From: a virus
Taxonomy: Duplodnaviria > Caudoviricetes
Strand: one strand, 5' to 3'
IMG/VR virus record: IMGVR_UViG_3300048583_000056
Coordinates: 1,245-65,244 of that record
DNA: 64,000 nt
Shown here: piece after piece, positions 47,437 to 55,894 of the stretch
Layout of the letters: the number at the start of each line of letters is the position of its first letter
Position numbering within the stretch: the stretch's first letter is position 1
Notes under the pieces: model-generated
What the model was told of the DNA's origin: nothing
The model's input: the letters and a program-made list of their open reading frames with translations, nothing else
Databases searched by the model: none
Made by a program: the position numbers and the translations under genes

Positions 47437-50108
47437 AAGATTAGTTCTTCTTGAATTGTGGTTGGGGTGGACGCTGATAAGTATATAGACAAGGTTGACA
47501 GGTTGTCAAACGTGTTGGATACTTGATTATTAGAGAATTTGTAGATATTATGCTTGGAGAATACCGCATCTGGTGCCAAGTGGAAGTCAAATTCATGAAT
47601 ACATGGCATGTTGTTCTGATCTTTCAATAGAAGAGAGATATTGAAGATGTCATTTATACTACTATACGTCAATACAGGCACATCAGCCGACACATATCGA
47701 ACACCGCCACCAGAAACGCTGAAGAACTCGGTGTTGGTCACATCACTTAAAGTTTTTGGAAATATCTTAGTAGATTTGAAGTTGACGGTATCAATTTTGT
47801 ATATCTCTGGGTATAGTGTGAAGTTATTGGATGACAAAGAGTCGCTCAACACGTTCATTTTACAGTAAAATATCAAATTCTTCACTTTGAATCTGTTTGA
47901 TATCTTATCAAACGAATTTTCGGAGTGTTGGACATATATAGGGCTGATATTTGGGTCTTTGAATACCCCATCGAATAGGATCTTGCTTGTCACAAGATAA
48001 GATGGAGTCTCTAGGAACATAACATCATTAGAAACGTCGAATTTGACTATGTTGCTGCTCAATTCTTCTACGATATTATCATCATAGAGGGTTTTTAGAT
48101 ATGGCATAGCATCTAATAGCGGATATATCTGCTTAGTATACTTATTTTTAACAAAAATAACACCATTGGAATTGAAATCGTTATCATATGTAAATGACGA
48201 GAGTGTCAAAATGGTTGGATTGAATACTGTTGCGTCATATGCGTATCCATCTTCAATTAGATTGTATCCAGTATCGGTAGAAGCTCTAAAATAACCACCA
48301 TCTACAACGTTTAAAGCTGATCCCCTGATGTATTGTGTCATATCAGCAGATAGTAATGGCGTAAGAAGTGGTCTTTGAACTGGAGAAGAGGTGAAAAGAC
48401 CACCTTCGATAAGATCAGTGTAGTAAAACTCTCCAGTGGAAGTATCCCATGCAATATTATCAGAAGATTCGGCATCTGGATATGGTGTTAAGTCATATCT
48501 GGATAGATATGCCCCCTCAACGATGTCCACCGCTGGTTCTACATTGAATACTTCATCATATATAGGTTCAGCATATTGAAATAGCTTTCCAAATGATAAC
48601 ACAACATCGAAATCGTTCGTTGATAATGGCGCAGTCGCAGTATATAATCCAGTTCTGTATGGATTATCGTCTTCTGAGTTGGCTGTAGTATAATTAAAAT
48701 TGAATCCCTCTCCAAATATGTCATCATATATGGTGTGACCAGTGATAATCATCGCATTGATATCAACACTGTCCACAACTTCTATACTTTGTCTAAATCG
48801 GTGATCATTTTTAAATAATCCGAATAGATTTCCAAAGATATCATACTTGCCATCCTGTATAAATCCCGAATCAAAGATAGAATCTAGGTATTTTTGTGGA
48901 TTCGGGTCGATATTCGACACATACCCATAATACTTGGTATCATGAGGAGTGGAATAAGGCTGATTGACAGCATTTCCAGACGAGAAATTCCTCTTTATGA
49001 ATGAAGTATCAACAATAAACGTTAAAACATCACCATTATCTCCTGTTATCTTCGGATCAGCGAAGTAATATAGAGAATTTGGTTCTAAGTTCTGTAAATT
49101 GAATGAAAATGTGTTGTTTACACCATCGAGTAGTAGAATAGAGGTCTTGGAAGGCTTGAAGAACCCAATATCTTGCTTCTTCTGTAGATAATCTACATTA
49201 GGAGTAGACGCAGTGGTTGGATAATGTCTGTTAAACAGATTCGAGATATCATTTTCTGATTCGAATAGCTTACCAGAAAGAAAATCGTTGACAGTATTAC
49301 CAGTTGAGAGATAATAGAAGTCAGTTGCGATATATTTCTGTGTTAGCTTTCTCTTATTCTCAAATAATTGGTCTACTTCCTTAATATCCCTTAGCTCTTG
49401 TGATACGTTGCTAAAAATTTGATTGATTAGAGTAGCATCGTCCTTTAAAAAGATATCAAACCCATAATCTAGATCTTTATTGTCGTATTTTTTCTCGTCG
49501 GGAAGCTGATCGAAGTATAATGGGTATGTATCATACAATTCATCAATTTCAATCTGGAGATTTTCTTTAATCTCATTTAAGTCGTAGAGCATTTTACCAT
49601 CATCATAATTTTTTAAGTATGAAATGGTCAGTTCTAGAATACTTTTTTCGATACCTTGATTGGAACCAATCAATTTATTTTTTAAAACGCTAAACTTTAT
49701 ATTGTTCCTTTTATTATTGTAGAATTGGATTAGTTCTTTGATCTTGTCGCCATAAAATCCCATGGCGGTGTCCAAATCATATGGATCATTGAAGTCTATT
49801 TTGGATAAGAAATCCTTTTCTTCTAAAGTAGTATAATTTAGAGAGATGTCTTTCAAGAAATCTCTATATCTTTCGATAATGATATTATAATTCTCTAAAT
49901 CCTTTCCATTAGTCTGAACATTCCACAGATTTAAGTAGTGGTTGTAATAACCCTGTAAAGAATCTGGTTCAAATGAAACATTTATTAATTTAATGAATGT
50001 TAAAAATGACATTGGTGAACCAACATCCAAAGAATCGTTAATGTTAACGTTTGGGTTGGTTATAGATTTCGGAACTACTGGAAATCCAAGCTGTAGAGAT
50101 AAGGCCAT
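47433..50108 (-). CDS. Large putative structural protein
   Basis: 891 aa, TAAATA upstream. Confidence 0.7.
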   Translation of the reverse strand: MALSLQLGFPVVPKSITNPNVNINDSLDVGSPMSFLTFIKLINVSFEPDSLQGYYNHYLNLWNVQTNGKDLENYNIIIERYRDFLKDISLNYTTLEEKDFLSKIDFNDPYDLDTAMGFYGDKIKELIQFYNNKRNNIKFSVLKNKLIGSNQGIEKSILELTISYLKNYDDGKMLYDLNEIKENLQIEIDELYDTYPLYFDQLPDEKKYDNKDLDYGFDIFLKDDATLINQIFSNVSQELRDIKEVDQLFENKRKLTQKYIATDFYYLSTGNTVNDFLSGKLFESENDISNLFNRHYPTTASTPNVDYLQKKQDIGFFKPSKTSILLLDGVNNTFSFNLQNLEPNSLYYFADPKITGDNGDVLTFIVDTSFIKRNFSSGNAVNQPYSTPHDTKYYGYVSNIDPNPQKYLDSIFDSGFIQDGKYDIFGNLFGLFKNDHRFRQSIEVVDSVDINAMIITGHTIYDDIFGEGFNFNYTTANSEDDNPYRTGLYTATAPLSTNDFDVVLSFGKLFQYAEPIYDEVFNVEPAVDIVEGAYLSRYDLTPYPDAESSDNIAWDTSTGEFYYTDLIEGGLFTSSPVQRPLLTPLLSADMTQYIRGSALNVVDGGYFRASTDTGYNLIEDGYAYDATVFNPTILTLSSFTYDNDFNSNGVIFVKNKYTKQIYPLLDAMPYLKTLYDDNIVEELSSNIVKFDVSNDVMFLETPSYLVTSKILFDGVFKDPNISPIYVQHSENSFDKISNRFKVKNLIFYCKMNVLSDSLSSNNFTLYPEIYKIDTVNFKSTKIFPKTLSDVTNTEFFSVSGGGVRYVSADVPVLTYSSINDIFNISLLLKDQNNMPCIHEFDFHLAPDAVFSKHNIYKFSNNQVSNTFDNLSTLSIYLSASTPTTIQEELIL

Positions 50109-50179
50109 CTACGAGTATTTAATGGCATGTGTTTAGTATATGGTAATAAAATAACCATATTAGAGGAATTCACATTTAA

Positions 50180-50581
50180 TTATGGTGGGGTTACGGACGA
50201 GCCAAATAACCAAAATATAGAACCATTGATATCAATTGGATAAGCGTAGAGATATGTATTCGCCCCATCCCCATAAGCCACCACATCCCCATTTAATTTT
50301 AATGTTCTATTACCCCCAAAAGTGGCGTAATTAGATACTGTTAACCCACCCGCACTTAAATTGTTGGAACTTAATCCGTTCATAGTATTTATTGATCCAG
50401 TAAATCTATTGTTTGCGGATAGATTTGCATATTTCATCGATGTTTCTGTACTACCAATATAAGATTTTACGCTGCTAAGAAAAGATGTGACAGTTACACC
50501 ATTTTGATTCATGACAACAGTTTCGTGTCCAGATAAGGGTATAGTTGAATTTGGTAATTGAGAAATTTTAACGTTTGCCAT
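50180..50581 (-). CDS. Small fibre-like protein with KISQLP N-terminus
   Basis: MANVKISQLP...VMNQNGVT. Confidence 0.65.
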   Translation of the reverse strand: MANVKISQLPNSTIPLSGHETVVMNQNGVTVTSFLSSVKSYIGSTETSMKYANLSANNRFTGSINTMNGLSSNNLSAGGLTVSNYATFGGNRTLKLNGDVVAYGDGANTYLYAYPIDINGSIFWLFGSSVTPP

Positions 50582-50585
50582 GATA

Positions 50586-50768
50586 TTATTTAATAATTAA
50601 ATTGTTATTTTCTGTCTCTAATGACATAGCATCTTCGTTCGACACATAAACTATGTTAGAAGGGTCATCAAGGTTTACTTCCTGAGTGGTGCAATATTTG
50701 ACACCGAAAAATTTTTGACAAATCCAGTTATAAAAAACGACTAATAGTAGTATTAATTTTTTCCACAT
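50586..50768 (-). CDS. Small late protein
   Basis: Full T4 late box TATAAATA upstream; hydrophobic N-terminus. Confidence 0.55.
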   Translation of the reverse strand: MWKKLILLLVVFYNWICQKFFGVKYCTTQEVNLDDPSNIVYVSNEDAMSLETENNNLIIK

Positions 50769-50803
50769 ATTGCTATTTATAAAATATTGCTAAATAGTCC
50801 CAT

Positions 50804-51019
50804 ATGAGTAAAAAATTACTTAAAAAAATCAAGGAGAAGGAAGAAAAATTATTAGATTCGGTCTATGAATTACAAGAATTACTCGATTCCACAGAAGATG
50901 GTGAGTTGAGTTCGATGGGTGATACTTTTTGTGAAGCCATCGTAGATTTCATATACCATAATGATACGATCACATTGACAGATATCCAAGTTTTTATTGA
51001 GGAAGATTTAAATTCTTGA
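50804..51019 (+). CDS. Hypothetical acidic protein
   Basis: TAAATA upstream. Confidence 0.6.
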   Translation: MSKKLLKKIKEKEEKLLDSVYELQELLDSTEDGELSSMGDTFCEAIVDFIYHNDTITLTDIQVFIEEDLNS

Positions 51020-51049
51020 TTTCTGGGTGGAGTGTGTTACACTTCACAT

Positions 51050-51982
51050 ATGAATGAATTCGACAATTTATGGTGTGAGAAATATCGTCCACAAACACTT
51101 GATGATATTTCTCTCTCCGAAGAGAATAGAGAAGTTTTAAATGGGTATGTGAGGGATGAGGAGATTCCAAATTTATTATTTGTTGGATCTCCGGGTGCAG
51201 GTAAGACAACATTAGCCAGAATTTTGGTTTTGGATGTGTTGGGGTGTGACTTTCTATATATCAATGCTTCGGATGAGAATGGGATCGACACAGTCCGTAA
51301 TAAAATATCTGGATTTGTGCAAACGAAGAGCTTTGATGGAAATATCAAAGTGGTTGTTCTTGATGAGGTTGACGGATTTACAAAGAATGGTCAAGATGCC
51401 CTAAGAAATATGATGGAATCTTATGCAGACAACGCAAGGTTCATATTGACAGGTAATTATAAACACAAAATCACGAAAGCAATTCAATCCAGATGCCAAA
51501 CACTGGACATCAGGGTTAGTATCAAACAAGCTCTCCAAAGATGCCTCCATATATTAGATCAAGAGGGGATAAGTATCGAATTGGAACAAAAGAGACAACT
51601 GGCTACATTAGTAAAAGCTCATTTTCCAGATTTGAGAAAATGTATCAATGAAATGCAGAAGTTTTGCACTTCGACCGAACTTAAAATTGCGGAGAAGAGT
51701 AATACCGAGATTTTATGTGCAAAAATTCTTGAAGACATTGCCGATGGTAATACATTGGAGACAAGAAAGTATCTTATCGAGAATGATGACATTTTTAATT
51801 CGGATTGGGGTCAATTATTAATTGATTTACTGAATAATGTCTACAAATCTCCTATTGAAGACATCCCAAAGAAACAAATGATACTCACAATTGCAGATCA
51901 TTTAGAGAAATCAAGTAGAGTAATTGATCAAGAGATCAACTTCTTTGCATGTGTTCTTAATTTAGAACAAATTCAGGATTGA
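51050..51982 (+). CDS. gp44: Clamp loader large subunit gp44 (RFC-like)
   Basis: WCEKYRP, GSPGAGKTT, INASDE, DEVD, SRC, FPDLR; promoter TTGATT-16-TACACT at 51016-51043. Confidence 0.93.
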   Translation: MNEFDNLWCEKYRPQTLDDISLSEENREVLNGYVRDEEIPNLLFVGSPGAGKTTLARILVLDVLGCDFLYINASDENGIDTVRNKISGFVQTKSFDGNIKVVVLDEVDGFTKNGQDALRNMMESYADNARFILTGNYKHKITKAIQSRCQTLDIRVSIKQALQRCLHILDQEGISIELEQKRQLATLVKAHFPDLRKCINEMQKFCTSTELKIAEKSNTEILCAKILEDIADGNTLETRKYLIENDDIFNSDWGQLLIDLLNNVYKSPIEDIPKKQMILTIADHLEKSSRVIDQEINFFACVLNLEQIQD

Positions 51983-52587
51983 AATCCTGAATTGAATGCG
52001 CTCTTAACGCCACCTGTAAAGCCTTTGTTTAGTGCTCCTTGGGCGAATGTGCCAGCGGATTGTTTGGCAGTCTCCAGCGTGTCCACAAGATCACTTAAAG
52101 TCATGTCAGTGATTGCGCCTTGCGCCTTGACAAACCCTTTTTGTTGTGCCTGAGTAACTAAATCGATAAGTTGTTGAGTGAGTCCTCTAGCCTTTTCGAT
52201 AGAATCATTGGCTCGATTGGTATCGGCCCCAGTATTATAAATATCTTTGGTGTTGTCGATAACCTGTTTACCAGCAGCAGCTAATCCAGATCCTACTTGT
52301 TTAGCACCTTGAACAGCTTGACTAGTTTTATTAGCAAGACCCTGTCCAGCTTGTTGAACTGCTTGTCCAGCACCTTTAGCCACCCCTTTAAGGCCAGCAC
52401 CAAGATTACCGAAGAATCCTTCTAATAGTCTTTCTGAAACCGTGGCAACATACTCCAATTCGGACTCGGACATCAAATCTAAGTTAGAATAGACTTGTGT
52501 TAAAGACATTGTGGGGATAGATTCTTTTAAAAGCTGAACAGTATAAGCTTCCGTTAACATTTGTTGATCTCTTTGGGAGTATGACAT
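51973..52587 (-). CDS. Putative internal head protein, Gly/Ala/Gln-rich
   Basis: Leader RDQQMLTEAY; LLE-GFFGNL amphipathic segment. Confidence 0.65.
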   Translation of the reverse strand: MSYSQRDQQMLTEAYTVQLLKESIPTMSLTQVYSNLDLMSESELEYVATVSERLLEGFFGNLGAGLKGVAKGAGQAVQQAGQGLANKTSQAVQGAKQVGSGLAAAGKQVIDNTKDIYNTGADTNRANDSIEKARGLTQQLIDLVTQAQQKGFVKAQGAITDMTLSDLVDTLETAKQSAGTFAQGALNKGFTGGVKSAFNSGFQS

Positions 52588-52599
52588 GAGTATATTTAG

Positions 52600-53004
52600 T
52601 TAAGATGCGTATGCGACCACTTCAAATCTACCATCACGATTTAAATCTTCCCAGTTGAACGAGATTCTACTGTTTTCAATAGTCGGTTCTTCGGTATAAG
52701 GATCACCAGATAAGTTTTTACGTCTAAAGGCTAGAAGCTTAGAACCTTTTGAACCCGGTTGATGATGTGCTTGGGCAATTTCGTGGTCTCCAGATACCAT
52801 ATCTAAGGAATACCCCAAAGAATCGAGAGCTTTAGTTAAAGCATTCAGAGCTTCCCCGACAGTATTGAATCTCCCATTACCATCTAAACCATATTTGGTC
52901 ACAACATTAGTTATACGGTGACGATCTTTTGCGGTGATACGATCAGCCATTACCATTTCGTATAGTAATCCAATGTTTTGGGCATCTTTTTCTGAAATTT
53001 TCAT
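52600..53004 (-). CDS. Putative internal head protein
   Basis: Leader MKISEKDAQNIGLLYE. Confidence 0.6.
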   Translation of the reverse strand: MKISEKDAQNIGLLYEMVMADRITAKDRHRITNVVTKYGLDGNGRFNTVGEALNALTKALDSLGYSLDMVSGDHEIAQAHHQPGSKGSKLLAFRRKNLSGDPYTEEPTIENSRISFNWEDLNRDGRFEVVAYAS

Positions 53005-53005
53005 A

Positions 53006-53575
53006 TTATTGAGGTGTCCAGATTTCTTCAAGAATGTTTGCCAAGTTTGCGGAGTCTTTTGTCATTTTGACGGACTCACCAGCAAGCTTTAAATTGGTTG
53101 GTGTGTTTTTACCGTTACCTTTGTCTGTAACTCTGGTGATGTTTTTAGGGTCTGGCATGTATTCTTCTGCTTTACCAGACAAATACTTTTCATCATCTCT
53201 ATAAAATTGATCGGGAACCTTTGGACTAGGATCATTTGCATCAACTACGTCCAACATCTCAGGGCTTACGGTAATAGTTCCATATGTTCTACCTCCACCA
53301 TGATCACCACCAACAGTAATAACGACATTATCAGCCGTTTTGTGCTGATTTCCAGCGGAAGCACCAGAAAGTTTATCACCCACTTGGATAACCTTGATGT
53401 TCAGTCCACTTGAGACCAATTCATCTAGTTCTTTCTTCATAGCGGTATGCATTGCTTTATAAACCCCACTAGATTTATAGTCTGGTCTGAATTTTACGAT
53501 GTCTCCGTTCAAATACCCACCAACTTGGTAGCGTGAAACAACAGATTCAAAGATTTGGTCAAATTTAAGTCCCAT
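53006..53575 (-). CDS. Putative internal head protein
   Basis: Start reassigned to MGLKFDQIFE, 5 nt after TAAATA. Confidence 0.65.
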   Translation of the reverse strand: MGLKFDQIFESVVSRYQVGGYLNGDIVKFRPDYKSSGVYKAMHTAMKKELDELVSSGLNIKVIQVGDKLSGASAGNQHKTADNVVITVGGDHGGGRTYGTITVSPEMLDVVDANDPSPKVPDQFYRDDEKYLSGKAEEYMPDPKNITRVTDKGNGKNTPTNLKLAGESVKMTKDSANLANILEEIWTPQ

Positions 53576-53609
53576 GAGTATATTTAGTGAAAAGTCGTTA
53601 AATATATCT

Positions 53610-55388
53610 ATGAAGTTTTTAGAATTCCATAAGCTGATCACAGAAAAAGATGACAAACCGGGTGCAAGGTTCCATTCTGTTCAAAATAGAGAAGGTCCAG
53701 CAGGTATCGTGTCTGGGCCTATTGGAAAATCTGATAATTTTGAATTGAGACAGAATTTGGATCGTTGGGAATACAATCCCGAGTCTGATACCACAGTTGG
53801 TAAGTCTGGATTCTCAACAGAATCAAAATTATGGAAGAGTATGTTAACTTCTTTCCGTTTGCTGTTCAATGATCCATATTTCGATAAGCAAGTTCAAAAG
53901 ATCTCAAAGAAATTCAATGATAGTCGTGATTCATATAAAAATATCAGAGGAAACGAAGATGGTGGATTTGACAAATACGATGAAGAGAACCAATTAGAGA
54001 AACTAGAGCGTAATCAGACCAAATATAGAAGTGATTTGACTGGATTCCGAGATGATCTAGATGCTAAGACAAAAATTCTTAATAGAACAAAGCTTCCCCC
54101 ATCTGAAAAGAACAAAATGGAGACAGAGATTGCTATGATGGAAGCAAAGGTCGCATCTTTGAACGCTCAGATGAAAAGAGAGTCTACTGAACGTAGAAAA
54201 GCTGACTATATGGCTAAGATTAACGAGTTGGTTGTTCTTCTTGATAAAAAGAGAACTCGTTACGACCAAGCAATGTTAAAAGGTCCAGAAGTTGAGAAGT
54301 TGAAGGTCAGTATCTTCGATCTAGACAAGAAAATTGAGAAGTATGAAGAAAAACTAGAAAAGACTACCGAAGAATTGGAAACTCTGTATTCTAGAATCAA
54401 TACCATTAACGACACTAACGAAAAAGCTAACGAAGTTGCCACAACAGGGTTCCTAGACCTTATCAAGTTCACTGCTAGTGGACTACTCAACGATTATAAG
54501 GACAAAATCACGGCAGGAGACCCGAGTAATGTTGATTGGTCGTCCGAATTGAAGTCTTTACAAGATGCTGTTGACAGATTGAGTGCTCTAGAGTCCGATG
54601 ACTCTGCTTCGAACCCAATTTTAGGTTATCTAGAGAAGTTCCAAAGAGATTATGGGGACAAAGAGTTCAATGCTGGCCAAGCATTGGATAAGAATGTTAA
54701 TATTACCAAAGCTAGAGACTTCAACAAGCTACCTTTCATGGTCCTCATGAGAGTATATAGCTCAATTAGATCTTCCGAGAAGACTCCTATTGCTCTAGAC
54801 AAGTTGACAACTGTTCAAAATGATGCATCTCTTGGTGAATTAAATGGTGTTCTAGATAGAATGTCAGTCGATACTCCAGAAGCAAAGGCAGAATGGGAAA
54901 ATCCAAACACTAAAGCTTATATCAAAGGGGTGCTTGATCAATTACCTATCCCAGCGTTCTCTAAAAATACGTTCAAAGCACGTATTGACGCACCATGGGC
55001 AGTTAATAGAGCAAAGAAAACACCTGCAACACTTCTGAAGATGAATATCACTGATGAATTGAAACTGAAATCGGAATCATTTGATAGCGTGTTCTCGAAT
55101 ATGATCTCATTACTAGAATATGATCAAGATGACTACAAAACTGACTTGATAGAAGTATTGGAAAAATGTAAAGGCCCCACAAAAAAAGCATCTAGTGACA
55201 GAAAAGATAAAAAATGGATGAAATGTGCCAAACAATCAGATGGATCTTATAAAAAAATCCATTTTGGCCAAAAAGGAGTGAGAGCAGGTGGTGGCGACTC
55301 TAAAAGAGCTAAATCCTTTAGAGCTAGGCATGATTGTGCAAACGCTAAAAAGGGATCACCTCAAGAGGCGTCTTGTCAAAATTGGTAA
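53610..55388 (+). CDS. Coiled-coil putative internal protein with basic Cys/His C-terminal domain
   Basis: Leader MKFLEFHKLITE; C-terminal IHFGQKG...KSFRARHDC...SCQNW. Confidence 0.7.
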   Translation: MKFLEFHKLITEKDDKPGARFHSVQNREGPAGIVSGPIGKSDNFELRQNLDRWEYNPESDTTVGKSGFSTESKLWKSMLTSFRLLFNDPYFDKQVQKISKKFNDSRDSYKNIRGNEDGGFDKYDEENQLEKLERNQTKYRSDLTGFRDDLDAKTKILNRTKLPPSEKNKMETEIAMMEAKVASLNAQMKRESTERRKADYMAKINELVVLLDKKRTRYDQAMLKGPEVEKLKVSIFDLDKKIEKYEEKLEKTTEELETLYSRINTINDTNEKANEVATTGFLDLIKFTASGLLNDYKDKITAGDPSNVDWSSELKSLQDAVDRLSALESDDSASNPILGYLEKFQRDYGDKEFNAGQALDKNVNITKARDFNKLPFMVLMRVYSSIRSSEKTPIALDKLTTVQNDASLGELNGVLDRMSVDTPEAKAEWENPNTKAYIKGVLDQLPIPAFSKNTFKARIDAPWAVNRAKKTPATLLKMNITDELKLKSESFDSVFSNMISLLEYDQDDYKTDLIEVLEKCKGPTKKASSDRKDKKWMKCAKQSDGSYKKIHFGQKGVRAGGGDSKRAKSFRARHDCANAKKGSPQEASCQNW

Positions 55389-55394
55389 AATATC

Positions 55395-55880
55395 ATGGCA
55401 ATTAAAATTAAGTCATTAAAGGTTGATAATATATCAGAAAATTCTCTAAAAAAGGACTTTCTCTATAAGGATATTGCATTTGACTTGTCTCAAGACGTAG
55501 CTTTCAACAACCAACTTAATAAAAACGAGTTTTTGAAGGATATTGTTGTATCATATGATGTAGAAGCTGTTAAAAACAGTGTAGCAACAGCATTTTTGAC
55601 TGCTCCGGGTGATAAAATACTCACTCCAACCTATGGTATCGACCTAAGAAGGTTTTTATTCGAAAGTGTTGATGACTTCACGGCAGAAATCATTCAAGAT
55701 GAGATCGAAGTTAAGCTTCCAAGGATGGAACCAAGGATCACAGTATCTAATGTTACCGTCGAAGCAGACGAAGATTCCAACCAATACAACATTTCCTTAC
55801 AAATTGATGTTCCCAGTTTAAATGTTTATGGTCTATCCATCAAATCAGAACTGAATAGCACTGGATATACAATTCTTTGA
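55395..55880 (+). CDS. gp25: Baseplate wedge protein gp25
   Basis: YKDI, AVKNSV, TAPGDKILTPTYG.DL..FLFE, EPRI. Confidence 0.9.
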   Translation: MAIKIKSLKVDNISENSLKKDFLYKDIAFDLSQDVAFNNQLNKNEFLKDIVVSYDVEAVKNSVATAFLTAPGDKILTPTYGIDLRRFLFESVDDFTAEIIQDEIEVKLPRMEPRITVSNVTVEADEDSNQYNISLQIDVPSLNVYGLSIKSELNSTGYTIL

Positions 55881-55894
55881 GCTAAATAATCTCA

